From positions 16,593 through 80,592 of the forward strand of contig JBBCAW010000053.1 of NCBI GenBank assembly GCA_051382295.1: a DNA stretch of 64,000 bases, in the 5' to 3' direction. Of the stretch, positions 46,372 to 56,683 are shown in pieces (the first letter of the stretch is position 1; the number at the start of each line of letters is the position of its first letter). Position numbers and translations under genes: made by a program. Under the pieces are notes generated by a model. That model saw nothing but the letters and a program-made list of their open reading frames with translations. It was not told the DNA's origin and searched no databases. The DNA comes from Bdellovibrionota bacterium FG-1 (GTDB taxonomy: Bacteria > Bdellovibrionota > UBA1018).

Positions 46372-48261
46372 ATGGAACGAGACTCTCGAGAGTGGTTGCA
46401 AACGAATCAACTCGGTTCTTATGCAATGGGAACAGTTGATCGCGTTCCACACCGCAAATACCACTCTCTCTTAGCTATTCGCGAGCCAGGTCATGGCGAC
46501 CCCCTGAATGTTTTGCTCGAAGTAGGCGAATACATCCAAACCGAGCACCACCTCTACATGCTCCATGGTTTTGAGTTCGAAGATCGAACGGAACCCAAAG
46601 GATTTGGACACCTCAGTCGGTTTTCGCACCTCCCACACCCCCAGTGGACTTATCAGCTCTCCGAAGCCGGACATCCTTTCGAGATCACCCGCAGTCTTGA
46701 AATGGACCCAGAAAATGACCGAGTTTTTTTGCGTTACCAAATTTCTGGGGTGAGTGCGCCATTCCAACTTCGTCTGCGACCGTTTCTTCCTTACCGCCCC
46801 ATCCATCATCTCACTCGAGCCAACTCAGCACTTAATGGTGCTCTTTTGCCAAGCGCAGGGGCGTGGTCGATTGAACCCTATGCAGGACTTCCACGAGTCC
46901 ATTTCAAAATCAATGGCGCCGAATCCCACTTTGTCGGTGATGGCCAATGGGTACAAGGAATTCTCTATCGAACAGAACGCGAGCGCGGCTACCCTTCAAC
47001 CGAAGACTGCTTTACCCCGGGTGATTTTGAAATCACGATCAAAAAGGATGGCGCCTTCACCTTTGAAATCGGAACCGAGAAGAGGGGCACCAAAATCGGC
47101 AATTCTCTGACTCCCCCATCTGATCCTCTGGAGAGAGCTGGAAACCAGTTTTTAATCCAAAGACGGGATGGCTTTCACTCCATTATAGCGGGATATCCCT
47201 GGTTCGGAAGCTGGGGCCGAGACACTCTCATTTCGGTCACGGGCCTGTGCATGACAACAGGACGCCTCAAACTCGCTGAAGCCATCCTCACGAGCTATGC
47301 TCAAGCTTTGACCTCCGGCCTTAAGAATACTGGTTTGGTTTGCGCTGATCCCAAAACCGGCCTCATCATGACCGGTGTCGACACGCCCCTTCTCTTCATT
47401 CGCGCGGTTCAAGCTCTCGAAGAGGCCGATCCCAAAAGTAACAAACTAAAAGAACTCATGCCCATCGTTTGCGACCTCATTACCGAACTCAAGCGAACCC
47501 GCGATGGGCGCGTGAAATACCACAGAGGCGGTCTTTTTGTTGAACATGGCCCCTGGGCCCTCACCTGGATGGATGTTTTAATGGATGGGGCACCCGTCAC
47601 ACCCCGGACCGGCTATGCGGTCGAGATCAACGCCCTTTTCTACAACGCCGTTTGTTTCGGGATAAAATGGGCAAAAAAATATAATCCCGCTTTCTTTGAA
47701 CACTGGAATCCTCTCGTACCAGAGATGGAAAAAGCTTTTTTATCTCGCTTTTGGATCGCCGCAAAAGGTTACCTGGCCGACTGCGAAGGCGACCAAAGTC
47801 TTCGACCAAATCAACTCTGGGCCCTTGGGGTTCCCATTTCACCGCTTGGACCAACCACCAGCCAAGCCTTTAAAGAAATGGGCAAGAGCATTCTGAAATA
47901 TGTCAAAACCGATCTGGTCACCCCCGTGGGCCTCCGTACGCTCTCTCCACGAGACCCCCGCTACCATCCTCGTTATCGTGGCGGACAGCGTGAGCGAGAC
48001 TTAGCCTATCACCAAGGAACGGTATGGCCTTGGCTGCTTGGAATCTACGGGGACGCTGTTTTGAATGTGGAAGGAATGGATGGCCTCAGGCACGAGTTCT
48101 TACCCATCCTAGGCCGATTAGCACAACATCGGGAAAATGAAGCCTGCTTAGGCCAAATTTCAGAAGTTTTCGATGGAGACTCGCCCCATTCCCCCGGAGG
48201 AACTCCCGCGCAAGCCTGGAGTGTCTCAGAAATTTTACGCATCTCGAGAAAATTAAAATGA
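46372..48261 (+). CDS. Glycogen debranching enzyme (amylo-alpha-1,6-glucosidase)
   Basis: REWLQTNQLGSYA, IIAGYPWFGSWGRDT, TWMD, LRPNQ, YHQGTVWPWL, QAWSV.E. Confidence 0.92.
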   Translation: MERDSREWLQTNQLGSYAMGTVDRVPHRKYHSLLAIREPGHGDPLNVLLEVGEYIQTEHHLYMLHGFEFEDRTEPKGFGHLSRFSHLPHPQWTYQLSEAGHPFEITRSLEMDPENDRVFLRYQISGVSAPFQLRLRPFLPYRPIHHLTRANSALNGALLPSAGAWSIEPYAGLPRVHFKINGAESHFVGDGQWVQGILYRTERERGYPSTEDCFTPGDFEITIKKDGAFTFEIGTEKRGTKIGNSLTPPSDPLERAGNQFLIQRRDGFHSIIAGYPWFGSWGRDTLISVTGLCMTTGRLKLAEAILTSYAQALTSGLKNTGLVCADPKTGLIMTGVDTPLLFIRAVQALEEADPKSNKLKELMPIVCDLITELKRTRDGRVKYHRGGLFVEHGPWALTWMDVLMDGAPVTPRTGYAVEINALFYNAVCFGIKWAKKYNPAFFEHWNPLVPEMEKAFLSRFWIAAKGYLADCEGDQSLRPNQLWALGVPISPLGPTTSQAFKEMGKSILKYVKTDLVTPVGLRTLSPRDPRYHPRYRGGQRERDLAYHQGTVWPWLLGIYGDAVLNVEGMDGLRHEFLPILGRLAQHRENEACLGQISEVFDGDSPHSPGGTPAQAWSVSEILRISRKLK

Positions 48262-49673
48262 AAGTCCTGATGCTCGGGTGGGAGTACCCCCCTCATATCA
48301 GCGGCGGATTAGGAACAGCGTGCGAAGGTTTAACCCGTGGACTCGCACGGCAAGGCATCTCCATCGACTTTGTCGTACCCCACGTCTACGGCGGCGAGAA
48401 GGCCTCCCACATGAACTTGTCAGAACCCCCCAAGGACGTTGGGCCCAAAGACGTTGGGATGGCGCAACGTAGTTCGAGCGCTCCTTTTCAAGACGAGGGC
48501 ACAAACTCCGAGCCGACTCTTGCGCCCACAGCCTTGGACCTCAAGCGACTCGAAATCGAAATTCAAAAAATACCCTCTTTTTTACAGCCTTATTTACGAG
48601 ATTTTCGTATTCTTCGAAAAAATCGCCCCACTTTGCCGCTCGGCTTGTCTGCCGAGAAAGCACGAAACCTGCCTGAGGTGGTCTCTTCTCTTTTTTGGAT
48701 CAGCCCTGAACTCAAAAACTCGGATGGCCACTACCACGGCGACCTTTTTGATGAAGTCGCACGCTTCACTTTTTTGGCCGCCTCGGCCAACCAAAATACC
48801 CAGGCCGACCTGATTCACGCCCACGACTGGATGACTTTTCCAGCGGCGATCGTTCTCAAAGCCCTAACCGGTCTGCCACTCGTCCTCCACGTTCATAGTC
48901 TCGAAATGGACCGCACAGGCGGAAGTGGCAATCCTCGAATTGAAGAAATCGAAAAAGCCGGCCTTCACGCCGCCGACCGAGTCATCGCCGTGAGTTATTA
49001 TACAAGACAGCTCATTCATGAGCGGTATGGCATTCCACTTGAAAAAATCAGCGTCGTCCACAATGGCGTTTATGTGCGCGAGTTGGTCGAAAATTATCGA
49101 AAAGAAGCGACTTTACCTTCTAAGATCGTTTTGTTCCTCGGACGAATCACTTTTCAAAAGGGACCGGACTATTTCGTCGAGGCGGCCGCCAAGGTGATCC
49201 CCCATGTCCCTGACGTGCTTTTTGTCATGGCGGGTTCAGGAGACATGCTCCCTCGAATGATGGAGCGGGTCAGCGAGCTGGGAATCAACAAGAATTTCTT
49301 GTTTACTGGTTTTCTCAAAGGCCAAGATGTCGAAAAAATGTTTTCGCTCGCCAGTCTTTACGTCATGCCCTCGGTATCTGAGCCCTTTGGGATCGCGCCA
49401 CTGGAAGCCATCAGTTTTCACACCCCCACCATCATCTCAAAACAGTCGGGGGTATCCGAAGTCTTAAAGCATTCGCTTAAAGTCGACTTCTGGGACGTCG
49501 AAAATCTCGCCAACATGATCATCGCCGCCCTCAAATACCCCGCCCTTCAACAGGATATCGTCGCCTTGGCAAGCGAGGAAATTAAGAGCCTCCACTGGGA
49601 TGCGGCCGCTCAAAATACCGTTAAAGCTTATTTACAGACACTGGGGCAATTGACCCCCGATTCGAGGACTTGA
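48258..49673 (+). CDS. GT4 glycosyltransferase (glycogen operon)
   Basis: MLGWEYPPHISGGLG.AC, HAHDWMT, FLGRITFQKGP, PSVSEPFGIAPLEA. Confidence 0.92.
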   Translation: MKVLMLGWEYPPHISGGLGTACEGLTRGLARQGISIDFVVPHVYGGEKASHMNLSEPPKDVGPKDVGMAQRSSSAPFQDEGTNSEPTLAPTALDLKRLEIEIQKIPSFLQPYLRDFRILRKNRPTLPLGLSAEKARNLPEVVSSLFWISPELKNSDGHYHGDLFDEVARFTFLAASANQNTQADLIHAHDWMTFPAAIVLKALTGLPLVLHVHSLEMDRTGGSGNPRIEEIEKAGLHAADRVIAVSYYTRQLIHERYGIPLEKISVVHNGVYVRELVENYRKEATLPSKIVLFLGRITFQKGPDYFVEAAAKVIPHVPDVLFVMAGSGDMLPRMMERVSELGINKNFLFTGFLKGQDVEKMFSLASLYVMPSVSEPFGIAPLEAISFHTPTIISKQSGVSEVLKHSLKVDFWDVENLANMIIAALKYPALQQDIVALASEEIKSLHWDAAAQNTVKAYLQTLGQLTPDSRT

Positions 49674-49675
49674 TT

Positions 49676-50893
49676 ATGCCGTCGGTTTGTTTTTATTTTC
49701 AGGTGCACCAACCCAATCGCCTCAAACCCTACTCGTTTTTCAAAATCGGGAAAGAACATCATTACTTTGACGACAAAGCCAATGGTGAAATTTTAAGAAA
49801 AGTCGCCCAAAAATGCTACCTCCCCACAAACCGGGCCATGCTCAATCTCATCCGGCGCTTTGAGGGGCGTTTTCGAGTCGCGTATTCGCTCACCGGCATT
49901 GCCATCGAACAAATGAAGAAGTTTTGCCCCGAAGTCCTCGACAGCTTTATCGAGCTCGCTCAAACGGGTTGCGTCGAATTTTTGGCGGAAACCTATTATC
50001 ATTCCCTCGCCTCGATTTATGATGAAGTGGAGTTTGAGGACCAAGTCAAAAAGCACGGCGCCCTTGTCCAAGAGCTTTTCGGACAGACCCCCAAAGTTTT
50101 TCGAAATACCGAACTCATCTACAGCGATCGTATTGGCAAAAAAGTGGCCGCGCTCGGCTACCAAGGCATGTTAGCAGAGGGTGCTGACGACATTTTGGAC
50201 TGGCGCAGCCCCAATTTCGTCTATGACTCCACCACCTCCGGATTGCGGCTTTTGCTCAAGAATTACAAACTTTCGGATGATGTGGCCTTTCGTTTTTCAA
50301 ACAAAGGCTGGGCGGAGTTTCCCCTGACCGCCCCCAAGTTCGCAGACTGGGTTCATCGCGTTTCCGGCAATGGCGATGTAATCAATCTTTTCATGGATTA
50401 TGAGACCTTTGGCGAACACCAATGGGAGTCGACCGGTATCTTTCAATTTCTTGACCATTTACCGAGCGAGATCCTGAAACACTCGGACTGGAACTTCAAA
50501 ACTCCGTCTGAAGTGCTGGCCAGCTACCCAGCAGTCGCCCCGATTTCGTTTGAGCGCGTGGTTTCTTGGGCAGACGTGAATCGGGATCTCACCGCCTGGC
50601 AAGGCAATCAGATGCAGAAAAGTGCCCTTCAAGACATTTACGAAATGGGCCGCGAAATCCATCAAAGAAACAACCCCTATGCGCTAGATCTTTGGCGCAA
50701 ACTTCAGACTTCCGACCATTTTTATTACATGTGCACGAAATGGTTTGCAGATGGCGACGTCCACGCTTACTTTAGTCCTTATAAGAGTCCCTATGAGGCC
50801 TTCATCACTTACATGAATGTACTCACTGACCTTCGACAAACCTTGAATCCATTAGAGAGACAACCAGAATTGAAAAGGGTGGCCGGTCTATGA
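49676..50893 (+). CDS. GH57 alpha-amylase-family glycoside hydrolase
   Basis: FYFQVHQP, ETYYHSL, FRNTELIY, DYETFGEHQW, LQTSDHFYYM. Confidence 0.92.
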   Translation: MPSVCFYFQVHQPNRLKPYSFFKIGKEHHYFDDKANGEILRKVAQKCYLPTNRAMLNLIRRFEGRFRVAYSLTGIAIEQMKKFCPEVLDSFIELAQTGCVEFLAETYYHSLASIYDEVEFEDQVKKHGALVQELFGQTPKVFRNTELIYSDRIGKKVAALGYQGMLAEGADDILDWRSPNFVYDSTTSGLRLLLKNYKLSDDVAFRFSNKGWAEFPLTAPKFADWVHRVSGNGDVINLFMDYETFGEHQWESTGIFQFLDHLPSEILKHSDWNFKTPSEVLASYPAVAPISFERVVSWADVNRDLTAWQGNQMQKSALQDIYEMGREIHQRNNPYALDLWRKLQTSDHFYYMCTKWFADGDVHAYFSPYKSPYEAFITYMNVLTDLRQTLNPLERQPELKRVAGL

Positions 50894-53800
50894 AGCCAAA
50901 ACGAATGCTGTTTGAAGTATCCTGGGAAGTCTGCAACATGGTGGGCGGGATTCACACCGTCATTGCCACCAAAGTTAAGAAAATGCAGGAACTTTACGAG
51001 GACAATTACATCGTCGTCGGACCCGATTTCTCACAGAATCGGGCTTTAGAAGGGGTTTTCGAAGACGATGTCTGGGATGAGGAGATGCAAAAAAGCCTCT
51101 CCACCCTCCCCGTTAAAACGCGAATGGGTCGCTGGCTTGTTCCAGGCAATCCGAAATGTTTGTTAGTTGAATTTGGCGCCATTTTTAAGGATAAAGATCA
51201 GATTTTAGCCGGATATTGGGAACGCTTTGGCCTAAACTCTCTTTCGGGCGGTTACGACTACCTAGAACCTGTTATGTTTGCCCAAGCAGCCGGGATGGCA
51301 ATCGAGCGCTTATTTTATAGCTCGCTCTTTCCACGCGGGGTCGAAGTCGTTGCTCACTGCCACGAATGGCTAGCCTGCGCGCTTATGCTCTATCTCAAGG
51401 AGCGAACTCCCGAGATCGGGACCGTATTTACCACCCATGCTACAACATTGGGCCGCGCGCTTTCGTCCAGACACATCGACTTCGAAGAGCTCGCACTCCG
51501 GGGAGCGCTCGACCCCGATCGCCTCGCCCACGATTACCAAGTCGTAGCCAAGCATTCCCTTGAGGTCGTTTCGGCCCGCATTGCGGATACTTTTACGACC
51601 GTGAGCCCTATCACCGCGAGCGAATGTGAACTCTTTTTGGGAACCAAACCCAAACTCCTGACCCTCAACGGGATGGACGATGCCACGCCTGATCCTCAAT
51701 TCTTGGAACCTGCCAGAGTCCTTAAGACGCGCCATCGCCTGCTAGAACTTGCCACCCGGATGACCGGCAGCACCTATGACGAAGAACGAACGACTTTGCT
51801 CCTCAGCTCCGGACGCTATGAATTCGAAAACAAGGGTATTGACGTCACGCTCGAAGCGCTCGCTCGGTTGAACCAAAAGCTTTCTGAAAGTCCGATTTGG
51901 GATCCTCGAGATCGAGTCATTTCGTTTCTCATGTTCCCCGCTGGTCACACGGGACCCCGCGAGGCTGGCGTGCACTCCATCAGTACTCATGGCTTAAGCG
52001 ATGAAGCCCATGACCCGATCATGCGGCGCTGCGATGTTTTGGGCCTCAAAAACTTGCCTCAGTCGCGGGTTCACGTGATTTTTGTCCCTATTTATCTCAA
52101 TGGTAACGACCCGCTCATTCATGAAACATATTATGAGTTACTTGCGGGCGCGGATATGACCCTTTTCCCTTCATTTTACGAGCCCTGGGGCTACACCCCG
52201 ATGGAAAGCGCCGCCGCAGGAGTACCCACGATCACATCCGATCTCGCCGGCTTTGGGATCTGGGCCTCGCGCTTTGGCGACTGGACCGCTAGCGGCGTTC
52301 ATGTCCTGAAACGCAAAGGAATTCGCCCCGAAGTTTCCCGCGAAGAGCTTTGCGATCGAATCGTTCGGTTCATCAACCTCACCCGCGCCCAAAAAGACAA
52401 GTTGAAAGAAGCGATTTTAGAAACCAGCCGGAAAGCGCGCTGGAGTGCGTTTGGGCAGGCCTATCAAGACGCTCATACTCATGCGACAGCCAAAGCAGAA
52501 GAGCGTATGGAGTCGGCAACCTATGATCGATTTCGAGCCTTTTCTCACGGCCAAACCCTCTCCCCCACGGAAGGAGTCACTACGGCCGCTCACGCCCGCC
52601 ATTTTACCGTCAAAAACAAAATGCCGGCCCAACTCGTATCCCTGAAAAAACTCATTTCTCACAATCTTTGGTGGTCCTGGAATCAAGATGTGAGCGAGCT
52701 CCTTTCGGAGCTCAATCCGACGCTTTGGACCGCCTGCCGGCAAGACCCTCTCAAGTTTTTTGAACAAATCGATTATCAGCTCCTTGAGAGCGCCGCTCGT
52801 TCGAAGAGTTTTTTGAGTCGTGTTGAAAAAATCCTTGCACGATTTAATGGCGAAATGAGTTCAAAGCAAAAGCCGGAAATCGCCTATTTTTGCATGGAAT
52901 ACGGAATCAGCCACCTTCTCCGAAACTACTCCGGTGGACTAGGAATTCTGGCAGGCGACCATCTCAAATCAGCCAGCGACACCGGCACGCCACTTTGCGC
53001 CATTGGTATGGCGTATCACTATGGGTATTTTCAACAAAGAATCACTTCAGAGGGCAAACAACATTCCCTCGATGAAGCGATTTCATTTTCGAATTCACCC
53101 ATGCAACCCGTGCTCACCGCCGATGGCGAACGCCTCCGGATTGAAGTTGAGGCCCCGGGCCGCACAATCTGGTGCCAAGTCTGGCAGGTCTCCGTTGGCC
53201 GCGTCGACCTTTACCTTTTAGATACGGACCTAGCGGAAAACACCCCTGAAGACCGTGGCATTTCAGATCGCCTCTACGGCGGCGGATCCGAGCACCGGCT
53301 CAAGCAAGAGTTCGTTTTAGCCCTAGGAGGGCATGCGCTGCTCGGCGTTCTCAAGCTGTCCCCAAAAGTTTTTCATATGAATGAGGGGCACACCGCCTTT
53401 TTGGTACTCGCACGAATTGCCGAGCTGATGCGCGACCAAAAGCTTCGCTACTCCGAAGCGCTTGAATACGTTCGTCATTCCATGGTCTTCACGACGCATA
53501 CACCCGTACCGGCGGGACATGATCAATTTCCAGACGAGATGGTGGCACCTTTCCTGGCCCTTTTTGAAAAAACTATCGGTCAGGGCGTTCCTCGAGCTTT
53601 AGGGCGCGGACTCGATCGCAATCGCGATTTTCAGTTTTCCATGACCGGGTTAGCGGTTCGCGGAAGTATTCATATCAACGGTGTGAGTCGAATTCACGGA
53701 GACGTGTCGAGAAGGATGTTCCATTCCCTCACGCCACAGCTCCACCCCTATGAAGTTCCAGTTTTGAGTATCACCAATGGCGTGCACGCGCCCACCTGGG

Positions 53801-55110
53801 TATCCAACGAGTGGCAAAAGCTTTTTCAAAGCAAGCTCGGCTCCGACTGGAAAGCCCGCCTCGTAGATAAAGACTTTTGGTCGACGATGCATGAGTTGGA
53901 TGCCGAGGCCGTATGGAACACCCATCTCAGCGCCAAACGAACCCTGGTGCAATGGCTCAGGGGACATCTGCGCGAAAGCTGGACCCGCCGCAAGGAAAAT
54001 CCAGCCCACCTCGCCACGGCAATCGCAAATTTAAATGAGCAAACTTTTATTGCCACTTTTGCCAGAAGATTCGCGCCCTATAAGCGAGCCAATCTTCTTT
54101 TCAGCGATCCTGCCCGACTCGCGAAAATGCTCTCTGGACCCACCCCGATCGTTCTTTTATTTTCGGGTAAAGCCCATCCCTCGGATACTCTGGGGCAAAA
54201 CCTCATCACCAACGTAATCGAATTTGCCAGACGTCCGGAGTTTGTCGGCAAGATCATTTTTGTCGAAAACTACGAAATCGACGTCGCGAAATTACTGGTT
54301 TCAGGTTCAGACATTTGGATCAATAATCCGCTACGCCCGCTCGAAGCTTCTGGAACCTCGGGAATGAAGGCCGCCATGAATGGCTGCCTCAACTTGAGTG
54401 TCCCCGATGGCTGGTGGGCGGAAGGCTATAACGGCAAAAACGGTTGGGTGATTGGTGATGAGTCCATGACCGAATCGCCAGACTACCAAGACACTTTTGA
54501 TAGTGCGCAACTCTATGCTTTGTTTGAGCAGGAGATTCTTCCGCGCTTCAACCGCCGGAATGCCCAGGACATTCCTGAGTCTTGGGTCGACATGATGAAG
54601 GACTCCATTGCCTCGATCTTGCCCGCATTCAACACGGAACGAATGATCTCAGAATACCGCGACAATTTTTATGTTCCTGCCTCCCAGCAAGCCGAGGGAT
54701 TGCAAGCAGAACAGTTTCGCGAAGCCAAGCAATTGTCTTCGTCTCGATCGCGCCTCCTTGAGCATTGGAACTCCATCGCTTTTGCGGATATCGATGTCCA
54801 GGGCCTGGATGGAAATGAAGTTCCACTGGGGAGCTCGCTCAAAATGCGCGTCCGGATGACTCACCAGCACATCCAGCCGCAAGATTTACAAGTGCAAGCC
54901 GTGGTTTCACTTGAGAACAATGAGCAAACTCCTCAGGCGTTCCTGATGCAATGCCTAACGAACGATGAGCGGCGAGGTGAAAGCGTCTGGGAAGGCAATG
55001 TCGCATTGGGCAAGGCTGGCCCCCAGCTCATGGGCGTCCGAGTGACCCCTCGGGCCTGCCATGCAACGCACCCCATGGATCTGACGCTCGATCTCGTTAA
55101 GTGGCTATAG
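50890..55110 (+). CDS. Fused GT3 glycogen synthase - alpha-glucan phosphorylase
   Basis: N-half: FEVSWEVCNMVGGIHTV, GRYEFENKG, PSFYEPWGYTPMES. C-half: AYFCMEYG..YSGGLG.LAGDH, HMNEGH, EASGTSGMKA (PLP Lys). Confidence 0.93.
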   Translation: MKPKRMLFEVSWEVCNMVGGIHTVIATKVKKMQELYEDNYIVVGPDFSQNRALEGVFEDDVWDEEMQKSLSTLPVKTRMGRWLVPGNPKCLLVEFGAIFKDKDQILAGYWERFGLNSLSGGYDYLEPVMFAQAAGMAIERLFYSSLFPRGVEVVAHCHEWLACALMLYLKERTPEIGTVFTTHATTLGRALSSRHIDFEELALRGALDPDRLAHDYQVVAKHSLEVVSARIADTFTTVSPITASECELFLGTKPKLLTLNGMDDATPDPQFLEPARVLKTRHRLLELATRMTGSTYDEERTTLLLSSGRYEFENKGIDVTLEALARLNQKLSESPIWDPRDRVISFLMFPAGHTGPREAGVHSISTHGLSDEAHDPIMRRCDVLGLKNLPQSRVHVIFVPIYLNGNDPLIHETYYELLAGADMTLFPSFYEPWGYTPMESAAAGVPTITSDLAGFGIWASRFGDWTASGVHVLKRKGIRPEVSREELCDRIVRFINLTRAQKDKLKEAILETSRKARWSAFGQAYQDAHTHATAKAEERMESATYDRFRAFSHGQTLSPTEGVTTAAHARHFTVKNKMPAQLVSLKKLISHNLWWSWNQDVSELLSELNPTLWTACRQDPLKFFEQIDYQLLESAARSKSFLSRVEKILARFNGEMSSKQKPEIAYFCMEYGISHLLRNYSGGLGILAGDHLKSASDTGTPLCAIGMAYHYGYFQQRITSEGKQHSLDEAISFSNSPMQPVLTADGERLRIEVEAPGRTIWCQVWQVSVGRVDLYLLDTDLAENTPEDRGISDRLYGGGSEHRLKQEFVLALGGHALLGVLKLSPKVFHMNEGHTAFLVLARIAELMRDQKLRYSEALEYVRHSMVFTTHTPVPAGHDQFPDEMVAPFLALFEKTIGQGVPRALGRGLDRNRDFQFSMTGLAVRGSIHINGVSRIHGDVSRRMFHSLTPQLHPYEVPVLSITNGVHAPTWVSNEWQKLFQSKLGSDWKARLVDKDFWSTMHELDAEAVWNTHLSAKRTLVQWLRGHLRESWTRRKENPAHLATAIANLNEQTFIATFARRFAPYKRANLLFSDPARLAKMLSGPTPIVLLFSGKAHPSDTLGQNLITNVIEFARRPEFVGKIIFVENYEIDVAKLLVSGSDIWINNPLRPLEASGTSGMKAAMNGCLNLSVPDGWWAEGYNGKNGWVIGDESMTESPDYQDTFDSAQLYALFEQEILPRFNRRNAQDIPESWVDMMKDSIASILPAFNTERMISEYRDNFYVPASQQAEGLQAEQFREAKQLSSSRSRLLEHWNSIAFADIDVQGLDGNEVPLGSSLKMRVRMTHQHIQPQDLQVQAVVSLENNEQTPQAFLMQCLTNDERRGESVWEGNVALGKAGPQLMGVRVTPRACHATHPMDLTLDLVKWL

Positions 55111-55145
55111 TGCATATTATCGACATTTCTCGTCGAAGCGACACG

Positions 55146-55270
55146 GGTATATCGTCAAAATTGCTTGCAGACGAGGCCGCAGGTCGGCTCGCTCCCGCAG
55201 CGCACTCCCCGTGCGCTGCGGGAGCGAGCCGACCGAGAACGACGTATGCGGGCAATCTTGACGATGTACC
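55146..55270. repeat. 125-bp palindromic REP/MITE-like element
   Basis: Perfect 24-bp inner stem (55182-55205/55211-55234, loop TCCCC) inside imperfect 28-bp terminal inverted repeats. Confidence 0.8.
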
Positions 55271-55271
55271 T

Positions 55272-56678
55272 TTAGCTCAGCCAACGAATCGCGAGCTGGA
55301 TCAGACTCCGTACGCGCGAAGTGTACGGAGGATAAAATAACTGCAAAGTGTCGATGCATCCCTGCCTGAGAACTGCCCGTTCGTGAGAAAGAGCCCGAAA
55401 CCCAAAAAATCCGTGGTAACTTCCCATCCCGCTATTGCCGACTCCGCCAAAGGGGAGATCTGGATTAGCTAGATGAAGAATCAGCGAATTCACGCAAGTG
55501 CCACCCGCGGTCGTATTCTGAAGAACGTGTTCAATCGAATCAGTACTGGAACTAAAGATGTAAAGCGCCAGCGGCTTTTCTTTGCCTTGGATGATCCGGA
55601 TGGCTTCATCCAGGGTCTTAAAAGTGATCATCGGTAAAATGGGTCCAAAGATCTCCTCTTTCATGATTGCTGACTTCTCATTCACATTGGAAAGAAGTGT
55701 CGGCGCAAGATAGCGCTGCTCGGGATTGCTAAATCCCCCCGTCTCTAGCTTGGCCCCCTGACTGAGGGTTTCGTCGAGTACCTTTTTCAAGCCCTCGAGA
55801 TGCCCTTGGCTCACCAATCTGCAAAAATCACTGCTCGCGCGCTGGGCCTCGTCGGTCTCGCCATACCGTTTGCCGATCACTTTCTTGGCCTCGCTCACAA
55901 ACTCCGCGATCTTGCTTTCATGAATCAGCAAATAATCCGGGGCCACGCAGGTTTGGCCGGCATTAATCAATTTGCCCCACATAATTCGCTGAGCGGCCTT
56001 ACAAATATCGGCCGTCTCATCGACAATCACCGGGGATTTTCCCCCCAACTCCAAAGTCACCGGCGTCAGGTGTTTGGCCGCCGCTTGCATCACCGTCTTG
56101 CCCACCCGAGGGCTTCCCGTAAAAAACACATGATCAAACGGAAACTCCAATAGGGCATCTGAAACTGCGGAACTCCCCTCAAAAACCGCAACTTCTTCCG
56201 GAGGAAAAAGATCGCCCAGAAAAGTTTTCAAAAACCTCGCGGTATGGGGCACCTTACTCGAAGGCTTCAAAATCACGCAATTTCCGGCCGCGAGCGCCGT
56301 CACCAAAGGATTGATGGACAGATTAAAAGGATAATTCCAAGGAGCCAGAACGAGCACCACACCCTTAGCCTCATACCTGAGCTCCGCCCGAGTGCCAAAC
56401 AATGCGAGAGGCGTTTTTACTCGATGAGGTTTCATCCAACGCTTCAAATGCCGGATCGTGTGATTGATCTCCGAAATAGTCGGAAAAATCTCAGTCAGGT
56501 CAACTTCGCCTCCCGTTTTTCTAAAGTCACTGTGGATGGCCTTTTTCAGTTCATCTTGTCGCGCGAGGATCGCGTCTCGGAGTTTCTTAAGCTGCGCAAT
56601 GCGCTCGTCAGCGGTGCTCACTGCCATCTTCCATCGATTGGCCCGTTGTTTCTCAAAAGCTGCCTTAAGATCTTCCAT
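55272..56678 (-). CDS. Aldehyde dehydrogenase (class 3/CalB-like)
   Basis: APWNYP, FFTGS, LELGGKSP, NAGQTCVAPDY, EEIFGP, PFGGVGNSGMGSYHG. Start moved to ATG 56678. Confidence 0.92.
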   Translation of the reverse strand: MEDLKAAFEKQRANRWKMAVSTADERIAQLKKLRDAILARQDELKKAIHSDFRKTGGEVDLTEIFPTISEINHTIRHLKRWMKPHRVKTPLALFGTRAELRYEAKGVVLVLAPWNYPFNLSINPLVTALAAGNCVILKPSSKVPHTARFLKTFLGDLFPPEEVAVFEGSSAVSDALLEFPFDHVFFTGSPRVGKTVMQAAAKHLTPVTLELGGKSPVIVDETADICKAAQRIMWGKLINAGQTCVAPDYLLIHESKIAEFVSEAKKVIGKRYGETDEAQRASSDFCRLVSQGHLEGLKKVLDETLSQGAKLETGGFSNPEQRYLAPTLLSNVNEKSAIMKEEIFGPILPMITFKTLDEAIRIIQGKEKPLALYIFSSSTDSIEHVLQNTTAGGTCVNSLILHLANPDLPFGGVGNSGMGSYHGFFGFRALSHERAVLRQGCIDTLQLFYPPYTSRVRSLIQLAIRWLS

Positions 56679-56683
56679 GAGCG

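Noticed and set aside
48429..48458. 15-bp duplication (PKDVG x2) in the GT4 gene
   Set aside because: In-frame slippage in a variable loop, with no sign of function.
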